Shown piece by piece: positions 9,746 through 19,372 of a stretch of 64,000 bases of DNA; positions within the stretch are counted from its first letter, which is position 1, and each line of letters opens with the position of its first letter. The notes beneath the pieces are model-generated. The model was given only the letters and a program-made list of their open reading frames with translations, did no database searches and was not told the DNA's origin. Both the position numbers and the translations under genes were made by a program. The stretch is from Promethearchaeota archaeon (GTDB lineage Archaea > Asgardarchaeota > Lokiarchaeia > Sigyniarchaeales > SOKP01), in assembly GCA_008080735.1 (NCBI GenBank), contig SHMW01000006.1, positions 28,588 to 92,587 of the forward strand, written 5' to 3'.

Positions 9746-11917
9746 TTATTTTAATTTATTCTTCTTATATATTTCATAAAACCAGTCTACAATATGTTGA
9801 AAGAAGAAACGCTCCCTTAATACATCATAATGCGATTTTTCCCTGAGACTAGTGAGCTTGGCAATATCTTCTGAATTAATTTTGCCTTCCTTAATCAAAT
9901 TCATTCTCGCTTTAAATTGGTCGACCATATTTATTGGTCTCAGAATCACAGAAATCGCCTCTGAGATAGAATCCATTATTGTTTCAAAATTTTTATTTTT
10001 CATATAATTTTGATGGTGTGTTCTCAGCAAGAATGATTTAATTTGATTAATGAGGATATCTTTCTTATCAAAATTGATAAATTCCTTCTTTTTAATCAAT
10101 TTATCCAGGTATTCGACTACTTCATTGATAACCGCTCTTTCGAGGTTTAGATTTCTCATTTGTCTGCGCAACTTATTCAAAAACTGCCGTTTAAGAAACT
10201 GTTTATATTTTATGATGATTGCTTCATTTTCCCGAATATCAGAACATATTTCCACTACTTCCCCTTTTGGTGTGGCATAAGTGAATCCATGGCCTTGAGG
10301 CCCCAAACCTCCAAGCAAAACCATTGAAAGGCTATGAAATCCATAGGTGTCTGTTGAGATTATTTCTTTTCTGTTATTTACAATATTTTTTGGAGATACT
10401 AAATGTTTTTTGATTTCTCTCTCTTCTCGTTCTTGTAGTGTACCATAATAATTAATTTTATATCGATAGACCATATTAAATTCTAAGAATCCATCTTCGG
10501 TGAGTCCTCCTCTTTCGGGGTTATAGTAATGTTTTTTGAATTCCTTAATGAAATGGAGGCTTGAACCCAAATTTTTAACACTCAATCCATATATAGAGTA
10601 TGTGTTGAAGAAAGAATTCTTAATATAATAAATCAACTGATCAATATCACTATAGAATGAATAGGCATTAGGATAATTTACAAAATACTCATATAGTTCC
10701 CGTGGAAGTTCTCTTGATACGAAATAGATTAAATAATTATTCACATTTCCAAAAAGATCCTCTAAATTCGCGATAAAAAGTTTATCCTTTTTGATTCGAT
10801 TAATCTTGACCATATCATATTCGTTTAATTCCCTAATTAGTAAGCCAAATGTGTTGCAAAATCGTACTATGTCAATAATTTTTCCCAAACTCGAAGTTTG
10901 GTATCCCACGCTCACATCTTGAATACAATCAATAATAAGTTTTGAAATAATCTCAAAACGATCTGGAATTTTTCTGGCGTCTATAAATATATCGAGTTTA
11001 TCGGAATTTTTTACAAGTTGAGCGAATTTTTCAAAATGACTTGCCTCCAAATCTAATGCTAATCCCTTGTAAAAACTCTCTTCAATTTTTTCTTTATTTT
11101 CCACTTTTGAGAGTAATTTAGAGAATTTTAGATTTCCTCCTTCATTAGATATAAGATGGTCAATTGCATATTTAATTTTTTTATATTCTCCCGATTGAAG
11201 AGAATCATTAATCGCATTAATTACTATCTCTTGGATGTTATTCCGCTTAAGTTGATCATGTTGAATATCATTTTTTTCCAGAAAATTATAGAAATATATA
11301 AGATATTGTAAGTTCCCACTTTTTAGAAAATAGTCAAAAGAGTCTCGAAGCAATTGAACGATGAAACTAAATATTTTTTGATTTTCATCTTTTTTGTTAA
11401 ATAATTCTCTTTGTGTTTTTGTATTTTTTTGGATCCAATCTCGTACATACATAAGAAAAATGGGAAGATTTTCGGTGTTATGATATATCTGTACATTTCT
11501 TTGGCATTGGCGACAAAAATAAATCATTCTATTTTCATTAAATGCATAAGAACTCTGGGATATAGAAGAGCTGTTGCATTCCGAGCACCTCTTCTCAAAA
11601 AGAAGTCTTATAATTACATTTTGTAAAAATCTCTCCATTATTATTGAATTAAGAAAATCATATTCCAATAATCCATTTTCTTTCAGAGATATTAGATGGG
11701 TTCCATATTCCTTGAAAATCTTTTTATAATAGAGGTTTTTTTTATGTTTTCCGTCGCTTTTAAATTGCTGCTTAATATTATAGATTTTCTCTGATAGTTC
11801 TATCTCTTTCGAAGCGATTTGTTTTCTTATTTTCTTTAAATCTATCTCGCCTTCTTTAATTACGTCAATGATAGTGATTTTTAGCTTATCAAAAAACTGC
11901 TCTGAGAAGATATGCAT
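9746..11917 (-). CDS. Hypothetical 723-aa protein with CxxC...CxxC zinc ribbon
   Basis: Long ORF with CSEC...CRQC and a Gly-rich motif GGLGPQGHGFTY near the C-terminus. Confidence 0.75.
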   Translation of the reverse strand: MHIFSEQFFDKLKITIIDVIKEGEIDLKKIRKQIASKEIELSEKIYNIKQQFKSDGKHKKNLYYKKIFKEYGTHLISLKENGLLEYDFLNSIIMERFLQNVIIRLLFEKRCSECNSSSISQSSYAFNENRMIYFCRQCQRNVQIYHNTENLPIFLMYVRDWIQKNTKTQRELFNKKDENQKIFSFIVQLLRDSFDYFLKSGNLQYLIYFYNFLEKNDIQHDQLKRNNIQEIVINAINDSLQSGEYKKIKYAIDHLISNEGGNLKFSKLLSKVENKEKIEESFYKGLALDLEASHFEKFAQLVKNSDKLDIFIDARKIPDRFEIISKLIIDCIQDVSVGYQTSSLGKIIDIVRFCNTFGLLIRELNEYDMVKINRIKKDKLFIANLEDLFGNVNNYLIYFVSRELPRELYEYFVNYPNAYSFYSDIDQLIYYIKNSFFNTYSIYGLSVKNLGSSLHFIKEFKKHYYNPERGGLTEDGFLEFNMVYRYKINYYGTLQEREEREIKKHLVSPKNIVNNRKEIISTDTYGFHSLSMVLLGGLGPQGHGFTYATPKGEVVEICSDIRENEAIIIKYKQFLKRQFLNKLRRQMRNLNLERAVINEVVEYLDKLIKKKEFINFDKKDILINQIKSFLLRTHHQNYMKNKNFETIMDSISEAISVILRPINMVDQFKARMNLIKEGKINSEDIAKLTSLREKSHYDVLRERFFFQHIVDWFYEIYKKNKLK

Positions 11918-11989
11918 AGATCCAATTAATTTAAAACAAAATAAGGTAATAAAATTATGGTTGAGATATTATAAGTTGTGATCTAATTT

Positions 11990-12361
11990 TTAATCTAATA
12001 ATCCGGCTATTTTCTGACTGACACTTTGAATGTTTAGAAAAACCATACCTAAACTCGCATCATTCGACGCCAGGACACAGAGTATTGCGTTTTCACCTGC
12101 GCGAGACAATATGATTAATCCATCAAGACCTTCGATGAGAATTCTCTTCAAATCACCGCGCGCAAGCTCCTGAACTGCCCTTTCAGATACGCTAAGAATT
12201 GCAGCTGACATCGCGCTCACGATTCCATCATTAACCTCACCCGACAGAGCAGAACAAATTGGTAAACCTTGAACAGACACGATAGCACTTCCTTGGATAT
12301 CGGAATTAACTGCTTCTAGGTTGCGTAGTATGTCAGTTAGCTCAGCTATATTCTCGCTCAT
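11990..12361 (-). CDS. Roadblock/LC7 domain protein
   Basis: SAIVSVQGLPICS...SAMSAAILSVSER...ILIEGLDGLIIL...LGMVF, a typical roadblock pattern. Confidence 0.92.
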   Translation of the reverse strand: MSENIAELTDILRNLEAVNSDIQGSAIVSVQGLPICSALSGEVNDGIVSAMSAAILSVSERAVQELARGDLKRILIEGLDGLIILSRAGENAILCVLASNDASLGMVFLNIQSVSQKIAGLLD

Positions 12362-12577
12362 TCTCTTTCTTCTTTTTTATTGTTAGAAGGTATAGATGAA
12401 TAATAAAAATAAATTATATCAATATGGTATATTAATATTGATTTTATTATTTAATTTTTTCAAGCTTATACGTTATTATTAAAAATAAATGTATATTAAT
12501 TTTTTGATCTCTATTATTCTTTTTGATGAGAAAGAGATTTAAAAAATATTATTATCCATTCTTCATTATTTTTAGAC

Positions 12578-13531
12578 ATGTCTGCTAAGAAAAATGAATC
12601 AGAGAAATCAGAAAAGGATGAAGAAGATGAGCAGTTGAAATTGGATTCACTCAAAAAAGCTGGCAAAATTGCACAAGAAGTAAAAGAGTTTATAAAACCA
12701 CAAATCAAAGTGGGTACGAAAGGATTAGAGATCGTAACTTCAGCAGAAAAAAAAATATCCGAATTGGGAGGTGCGTGTGCATTTCCCGTTAACTTATCCA
12801 TAAATAATATCGCAGCTCATTATACCTCGCCACTTCGAGATGATGGTTTGACTATAGAAGAAAATGATCTCGTAAAAATAGATCTGGGTGTTCATATTGA
12901 AGGATATATTGTTGACACAGCATTTTCCGTAAATTTTAATCAGGAGAAGTTTTTACAAAATATTATTACCGCGACAGACACAGCAGTAGAAGCAGCAAAA
13001 ATGATGGCAAAACCAGGTGTAAATACAAAAGATATTGGGAAGAAAATTGAAGATATCGTAAAAGGATTTAACTATAATCCAATCAAAGAACTCGGTGGGC
13101 ATCAAATAGAGCGGTGGAGAGTCCATGGTACCAAGGCCCTTCCAGAATTAGGAACCCAAGGTGGAGACGAAATGGAAATAGGAGATGTATTCGCTGTTGA
13201 AATATTCGCTTCGACGGGGAGTGGGTCAGTCCATAGTACCAATAATTGTCATATTTATGCACTCAACCCATATACTGGGCGGGTTCCCTTGAGAAGAAAG
13301 AGTTCGAAGCAAATATTAGGTTTTGTAAATAGGAATTATAAAACATTGCCTTTTGCAGAAAGATGGTTAGGGGAGGAATTTCAAATAGGTGTCGCCTTTG
13401 GACTCCAAGAGCTTATACAGCAAGGAAAATTAAGAGAACACAATGTACTCTCAGAAGAAAAAGATGCCTATGTTGCTCAATCAGAGGAAACAATTTTGAT
13501 CACAGAGGATGGCTATCAACAATTAACATAA
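12578..13531 (+). CDS. map: Methionine aminopeptidase type II
   Basis: AFPVNLSINNIAAHYT, KIDLGVHIEGYIVDTA, GGHQI, AVEIF and AQSEET motifs. Confidence 0.95.
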   Translation: MSAKKNESEKSEKDEEDEQLKLDSLKKAGKIAQEVKEFIKPQIKVGTKGLEIVTSAEKKISELGGACAFPVNLSINNIAAHYTSPLRDDGLTIEENDLVKIDLGVHIEGYIVDTAFSVNFNQEKFLQNIITATDTAVEAAKMMAKPGVNTKDIGKKIEDIVKGFNYNPIKELGGHQIERWRVHGTKALPELGTQGGDEMEIGDVFAVEIFASTGSGSVHSTNNCHIYALNPYTGRVPLRRKSSKQILGFVNRNYKTLPFAERWLGEEFQIGVAFGLQELIQQGKLREHNVLSEEKDAYVAQSEETILITEDGYQQLT

Positions 13532-13582
13532 ATACTCAACTTTATTCTAAAAAATATATCAAAACTTAATTCGCCAATAAAG

Positions 13583-14692
13583 ATGCGAAAATTAAATATC
13601 TGCCTTATCTCCTTTAAAATACCACCTGATTCTATGGATGGAACTGCTAAATTTTTTAGAGGTATTTATGAGTATTTGAAAAAACAAGGACATAATATTA
13701 CCTTACTCACTGGAAAATGGAATTATAAATTACAAGATCCAGATATAAAACAAATCGATATTATACCAAGACGATTTTTTTGGATCTTTCCATTCTATAT
13801 TGGTGTGATAAAATATCTAAGATCTCACAAATTCGATATTATTCATGGAAATAATCCAAAAGGGGCACTTCCTATCATACTAGCAAATAAAAAACAATTT
13901 GGATCCACAATCCATGATCTAGGATTTTTTACTCGAATCCCATTTGAGAAGATTTTAATTAGATTTATTGCAAAAACATCAAGATTTATAACTACATGTT
14001 CAACTCAAATTAAGAAAGATTTGGTGAAAGAATTCCCAGATCTAAGCCCAAATAAGATCTTTAATCTTTATTCAGCAATAGAAGAGAAATTTATGCCCTT
14101 TCCCAAAAAAGCGAGAAAACTTAAAGAAAAGATGGGACTGGAAGGTCCTACCATATTATATATTGGTCGTGTTTCCTATTACAAAGGCGTAGATGATATT
14201 ATTAGAGCTTACTATCTCGCCAAGAAAAAGATTCCGGAATTGAATCTGATTATCGGAGGTCTTCCAGATTTCAGGACTCAAAATCAATATGAATCATGGA
14301 AACAAAAATATAAGGATATATCATTCGTAGGTTATATCCCAGATGATCAAATTCCAATCTACTATAGTTTAGGAGAAATCTTCATAACATATTCATATGC
14401 ATTTGAAGGATTTGGATTAACCCCGATAGAAGCAATCGCATGCGGAACTCCCGTGATATGTTCATCGATTCCTGTATTCAAGGAAGTACTGCAAGATAAT
14501 GCTATTTTTGTGAAACCCAGAAGCCCCAAATCACTTGCAGACGCCATAGTAGATTTAATAACCAATGATAAGAAAAGAGAAAACTTAATTGAAAAAGCTC
14601 GGCGCTTCATCCAACGCTATACTTGGCAAGAAGTTGGAGAAAAATTAGAAAAAGTCTATCAATTATTTCTAAAAATGAAAGAATCGGATTAA
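13583..14692 (+). CDS. Glycosyltransferase family 4 (GT-B)
   Basis: YIGRVSYYKG and EGFGLTPIEAIACGTPVI motifs. Confidence 0.92.
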   Translation: MRKLNICLISFKIPPDSMDGTAKFFRGIYEYLKKQGHNITLLTGKWNYKLQDPDIKQIDIIPRRFFWIFPFYIGVIKYLRSHKFDIIHGNNPKGALPIILANKKQFGSTIHDLGFFTRIPFEKILIRFIAKTSRFITTCSTQIKKDLVKEFPDLSPNKIFNLYSAIEEKFMPFPKKARKLKEKMGLEGPTILYIGRVSYYKGVDDIIRAYYLAKKKIPELNLIIGGLPDFRTQNQYESWKQKYKDISFVGYIPDDQIPIYYSLGEIFITYSYAFEGFGLTPIEAIACGTPVICSSIPVFKEVLQDNAIFVKPRSPKSLADAIVDLITNDKKRENLIEKARRFIQRYTWQEVGEKLEKVYQLFLKMKESD

Positions 14693-14724
14693 AGTGAGTT
14701 TCTACTTTAAAAAAGCGATTTTTT

Positions 14725-15855
14725 TTAATGCAACCATCTTGTTTGCCCGAGAGTGATTAACCGATATCTCAATACTCTGTCATAATCATTCCAAAAACAG
14801 CTATAACATTCTGGGATATTTTCGCGTGAATCGATGAGCAACGATCTAAATTCTCTGTATTTTTTTCCGTTCCAGATTTCATGAAATGAATTTTTATAAA
14901 TGTTTCCCATAACATATTTTTCGCTAGTCAGATAACAGCATGGTAAAACCTTTCCAGTTGCGGTGATATATGTGGAGATCCATGGAGTGAGACATGGGGT
15001 TTCGTTTTTTAAAGTTTTCCTATTTAATAACTCTATTAATTTTTCACGCCAATTGATAAAAAATACTTCTTTCTGTGTTTCCCTTATAGAATCAATATCT
15101 TTACTTATTTTAGCGATTGCTTTTTTTAGTTTTTTATCTGTTGGAACAATTCCTGAATCCACTCCAAAATCAAAGACGGGCTCTAACCTAAATGAATCAA
15201 GTAATTTCCATTTTTTAAGATAATTAAACATTGGTTCATATTCTTCGAGATTTTTAGATTGAAGACAGCAAAGAATTCGAATAATCGTCTTTTTTCTGTT
15301 AATTTTTGCAAGTAACTTCTCAAAATTTTCAAGGCAACGATGAAATGTTGAACTCATGGTTATTTCTTCAAACGACAGGGGATTTGTGCCGTGTAAAGAA
15401 AAAGTTAATATAGTAGGGGGACTTTCGACCAATTTTTTGATATTAATATCATTCATTAACGACATGTTGGTCGGCATGGAGGTAGTTATTTTCTTGCGAT
15501 TACATAATTCCAAGAATTTATAGATTTCCGTGTTCAATAATGGCTCTCCCAGTCCATTTAAAGTAAGATATAAAGGGTTTATATTCTCTACCAACCTTTT
15601 AAATGTTTTGTAGGAAATTATATTATTTAAAGTCCTAATCTTTTGGAGATTATGTCTGTCACACATAATACAATCGAAATTGCATCTGTCTGTAATTTCA
15701 ATTTGAAGCCTGATGGGCCCGTCTTTTGAAGCGAGAGGCGCTCCTAATATTGAATAAAATAGAGCACTGAATGCTTTTTTAATTTTAAATAAGGAGGTGA
15801 ACTGGTTATTTCCAAAAATTAGCAATAAATCCTGAAGCCGTCGTTTTAGTTCCAT
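14725..15855 (-). CDS. Radical SAM protein with SPASM/twitch domain
   Basis: CNFDCIMC, GLGEP, and C-terminal CLTPW...GKVLPCC...GNI...CYSC. Confidence 0.92.
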   Translation of the reverse strand: MELKRRLQDLLLIFGNNQFTSLFKIKKAFSALFYSILGAPLASKDGPIRLQIEITDRCNFDCIMCDRHNLQKIRTLNNIISYKTFKRLVENINPLYLTLNGLGEPLLNTEIYKFLELCNRKKITTSMPTNMSLMNDINIKKLVESPPTILTFSLHGTNPLSFEEITMSSTFHRCLENFEKLLAKINRKKTIIRILCCLQSKNLEEYEPMFNYLKKWKLLDSFRLEPVFDFGVDSGIVPTDKKLKKAIAKISKDIDSIRETQKEVFFINWREKLIELLNRKTLKNETPCLTPWISTYITATGKVLPCCYLTSEKYVMGNIYKNSFHEIWNGKKYREFRSLLIDSRENIPECYSCFWNDYDRVLRYRLITLGQTRWLH

Positions 15856-15955
15856 ATGTCTTTTCTTCCTTATTAAACCGTGGTCTTATAAATATTAAGT
15901 CTTAATCTTCTCAGAAGCGTAATAAAAATATAAAGATTAAGTTTTAAAATCTTCT

Positions 15956-16165
15956 TTAAGCAGGAGAGAATAGCCAAGTAAAAACACCGAGATGGGCTAA
16001 TATAACCACTGCTATAAGGGCTACGGCAGAGATCGCAGTTGCTATAGGACTAATTTTAATACCTATAGAAGAGTCTTCAAAAAATCTCATTAACCCCGCT
16101 CCACCCATAGGCATAGGTGCTGATCCCGATCTTCTTTTCTTTCTCCTTGATTGGCGTTTTGACAT
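15956..16165 (-). CDS. secG: Protein translocase subunit Sec61beta
   Basis: Basic N-terminus, GAGLMRFFED...IKISP, single C-terminal TM. Confidence 0.92.
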   Translation of the reverse strand: MSKRQSRRKKRRSGSAPMPMGGAGLMRFFEDSSIGIKISPIATAISAVALIAVVILAHLGVFTWLFSPA

Positions 16166-16319
16166 CGATTATTTAAAGGTTTTTAATTGTATAAAAAATA
16201 TAATCATCTAAAACTAAAAAACTATTTCTCTCCAATAAAGATGATTCACTTTACCTTAAAAAAGATATTTTAGGCAAAATGTCTTTTATTTTACTAAAAC
16301 AAAGCTTCTTTATACTTCA

Positions 16320-16616
16320 ATGAAAATTAAAGAATTCCAAGATCTCATGCGGGAGCTATATTATCACCAAGATTCTAAGAGAGGTCTTAATAAAACTTTT
16401 TATTGGCTAATAGAAGAAGTAGGGGAACTTTCCAGCGCTCTGAAAGCGAAAGATTTAGATAAGAAGAATATTGGAGAAGAAATAGCAGATATTGTAGCAT
16501 GGATATGTTCACTAGCAAATTTATTGGATGTAGATATTCAATCCGCTATACTTCAGAAGTATCCAAAAAAATGCCCTAAATGTATGAAAAATCCTTGCGA
16601 ATGTGGAACAGAGTAA
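16320..16616 (+). CDS. MazG-like nucleotide pyrophosphohydrolase
   Basis: WLIEEVGEL...EEIADIVAW, with a C-terminal CPKC...PCEC tail. Confidence 0.88.
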   Translation: MKIKEFQDLMRELYYHQDSKRGLNKTFYWLIEEVGELSSALKAKDLDKKNIGEEIADIVAWICSLANLLDVDIQSAILQKYPKKCPKCMKNPCECGTE

Positions 16617-16721
16617 TAAAAAATCGACTGATTATATCAGATTTTTAAAGAAAATAAACCTTAATAAATTTCTAAAATTGATAATATTAATTTAAGTAGT
16701 TAATGAAGAAAGGAAAAATTA

Positions 16722-18566
16722 GTGCCAATGCCGAATAAAAAGAAGTTCTATGTGCTACTATCCATTTTTATCACAACTTTTATTCTAAGCTCTGTGATTC
16801 CAAGATTTTTGAATAAATCTTCTCCATTTTCCGTTTATAATGAACCACTACACTTATCTGGCAATTTAGAGGGGGCATCAGATATTACTATCGCCAATAT
16901 CAATCGAACGATTAGTATAAACGGATATGGTTTAGTCAATATTGAGGATAATCTTACAATTAGAAATGATTTTGAAAACCCCGTATCATCGATTTTTATG
17001 GGGATTCCTACAAATATCTTAGAAGATTTAATATACTATAAAGCAAAGGGAAGTGGGGGTAATACATTGTTAGCTGAGGATACTGGGTTATTAATGGACA
17101 CAGATAAAAATATGATAGAGATCTATTTCGATTCTCCTCTACTGCCCGGACAGAGAAAAACGATAATTTTTTCACAATCCTATAAGGATTTACTTAAATA
17201 TGAACCATCGGGGTCTCAACAGAAAATCTCTTATAGTGGACTTATTTATCCTTCTATACCGTATAAGGGACAAGGAAGCATAATTGCTGTTATAGAATTA
17301 CCTATTGGTGCTGGGAGTATTGAAGATGATTGGGGAACTACACAAGCTAATCATATCACTTTTTCCATAGAAGATTTGCCACAAACATATATAGAACCCT
17401 TTTTAGAAAATTTGGGTGATAATAGAACCATAGATGTTTCAATGGCACATTCTTCAATCACAAACTTAGAAATTCAAGAATCCACAAGACAAATAACAAT
17501 TTCGCCGTGGGGAACCATAAGAGTGGAGGAAGATATACGTATTAAAAATCTTGGTTCTATCTCGGTTCAGAGATTTAATCTTAGGATTCCTGATCCAGCA
17601 ATTAATGTAGAAACAAAAGATAATTTAGGAAATATTGAAGGAACCACGGTAACTGAGTTACCAAACAACCCAAAATCGAAACAGGTTAATTTAGATCTCT
17701 CAAATAATCGAGTAACAATGCAACCAAATTCAAGTTTCCAATTCACATTACGTTACCAGTTAAATTTAGGAATTTATCTAAATTTTGACTGGTTTAGACA
17801 ATCTGTCCAATTAGATGTGATAATGACGAATTTTGATTATTTAGTAAAAAATCAGCTAACCCAGATAAGAATTGAAGGCTCTCTAAATATAGATCAAATC
17901 TCTGATCTTCCAGATATATACGATGAGACTATTAATTCGCAAATTCTCATCTTTGAGTCAGATTATGTGAGTAATCTCGAAGAACGAGAAATTCTGCTCA
18001 CCTATACAATTGATATCTTTGAAATGTTGATGCGACCGATAATTCTTCTTTTAGTAATTGCAGGTGTTTGCTCAGCTCTTATTGTCATAATTAAGAAGAG
18101 AAAGGAATTAGGGATATTACCTAAGATAGAGAAAGAACAACTACCATTAAGGGAAATTAGAGAATTCTGTTCTCTTTATGAGCAGAAGAACGCACTAACA
18201 TTAGAAATTCGGCAAGCAGAAGAAGAATTAAAAAGACGTAAACTTACAAAGAAACAATATCGTAATCTTGTTGATAAAAATGAATCACGAATAAAACAGA
18301 TTGACGAGGAGATCAAGCCATTTAAGAAGGAATTAATGGAAGCAAGTCAAACTTTTGAAAATATCGTACAAAAGCTTGATGTCTTAGAAGCTGAACGTCA
18401 AACTGTTGAAGATGGGTTGAAATTACTTGATTCGAGATATCGTAAAGGTAAATTGCCTTCTCGATCTGCTTATGTAAAACTAACAAATGATTTTCTCAAA
18501 AGGAGAAAAAAGATCGATAGAACGATAAGTCGCTTCATTCAGCAATTACGTTCATATTTACTTTAA
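16722..18566 (+). CDS. Ribophorin I (OST1/RPN1)-like oligosaccharyltransferase subunit
   Basis: Signal/anchor, two repeated lumenal domains (RTISINGYGLVNIEDNL; RQITISPWGTIRVEEDI, resembling RPN1 RxIEVSHWGNIAVEE), one TM, helical cytosolic tail. Confidence 0.8.
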   Translation: MPMPNKKKFYVLLSIFITTFILSSVIPRFLNKSSPFSVYNEPLHLSGNLEGASDITIANINRTISINGYGLVNIEDNLTIRNDFENPVSSIFMGIPTNILEDLIYYKAKGSGGNTLLAEDTGLLMDTDKNMIEIYFDSPLLPGQRKTIIFSQSYKDLLKYEPSGSQQKISYSGLIYPSIPYKGQGSIIAVIELPIGAGSIEDDWGTTQANHITFSIEDLPQTYIEPFLENLGDNRTIDVSMAHSSITNLEIQESTRQITISPWGTIRVEEDIRIKNLGSISVQRFNLRIPDPAINVETKDNLGNIEGTTVTELPNNPKSKQVNLDLSNNRVTMQPNSSFQFTLRYQLNLGIYLNFDWFRQSVQLDVIMTNFDYLVKNQLTQIRIEGSLNIDQISDLPDIYDETINSQILIFESDYVSNLEEREILLTYTIDIFEMLMRPIILLLVIAGVCSALIVIIKKRKELGILPKIEKEQLPLREIREFCSLYEQKNALTLEIRQAEEELKRRKLTKKQYRNLVDKNESRIKQIDEEIKPFKKELMEASQTFENIVQKLDVLEAERQTVEDGLKLLDSRYRKGKLPSRSAYVKLTNDFLKRRKKIDRTISRFIQQLRSYLL

Positions 18567-18587
18567 TACTAATTGGTGGTTTTGATA

Positions 18588-19217
18588 ATGAAATTGTGGT
18601 TATTTGATATCTTGGCTTGTCCGATATGTAAGCATTTTCCACTAAAACTTTTTATCTTTTCCTATCAAACAGAAGAAGAGATATTTAGGTCTTATCTTAG
18701 TAATTATCAAAAAAGTGATAGTGTGAGTTTAAAGTCACAAGACACAATACAGATCGACTATGATAATGAACATCAAATTCTCATAAAAGATAATATCGTG
18801 ATTGAGCCAAAACCACTTGTAGACTATATGGATGCTCTACTCTCTAGTATTAAAGAATTAAATCATATTGAAGATCGCAGCCCTTATGAGACAAGTAAAA
18901 AATGCTTAAATCTTGCAAAAGAATCCATATATAATGATTTGAAGAACCTTTCGCAAAATCTTAATCTGGACGGGTTTCAGGAGCGATTGGCTGAGCTTGA
19001 ATTTCTAAATAAATTGAAAGTTGATGCGGAAATCGATTCTGGACTTCTTTTATGTGAATCGTGTAAACGGTGGTATCCAATTATTGAAACAATTCCTCGC
19101 ATGCTTCCCGATGAATATCGAGATAAAGAATCCGAGCTCCAATTCTTAGAAAGCAAAAAAAATTTATTAGATGAAAAATTTTTCACATTAGATTTAAAAC
19201 CATTTGCTCTCAAATGA
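18588..19217 (+). CDS. trm112: Trm112 family methyltransferase activator with a long insertion
   Basis: MKLWLFDILACPICK...GLLLCESCKRWYPIIETIPRML. ATG 18588 follows a GGTGG SD, so it is preferred over the track's TTG at 18573. Confidence 0.85.
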   Translation: MKLWLFDILACPICKHFPLKLFIFSYQTEEEIFRSYLSNYQKSDSVSLKSQDTIQIDYDNEHQILIKDNIVIEPKPLVDYMDALLSSIKELNHIEDRSPYETSKKCLNLAKESIYNDLKNLSQNLNLDGFQERLAELEFLNKLKVDAEIDSGLLLCESCKRWYPIIETIPRMLPDEYRDKESELQFLESKKNLLDEKFFTLDLKPFALK

Positions 19218-19270
19218 TTTTTTAAATTGTATTGAATTATAATATCATACAACAGCGTCTATAAAACCAT

Positions 19271-19372
19271 AGCCCGGTGGTGTAGAACGATATATGAAAT
19301 TATATCGTGCACAACGGCCAAGCATCCGGGGCTTTGAACCCTGTGACCACAGTTCGAATCTGTGCCGGGCTA
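19271..19372 (+). tRNA. tRNA-Gln(UUG) with a 29-nt intron at position 15/16 (19286-19314)
   Basis: Acceptor stem AGCCCGG/CCGGGCT with the A1-U72 pair typical of archaeal tRNA-Gln; anticodon arm CGGGG-CTTTGAA-CCCTG (TTG at 19334-19336); T arm CACAG-TTCGAAT-CTGTG. Removing 19286-19314 restores GTGGTGTAGCGGCCAAGCAT. Confidence 0.93.
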
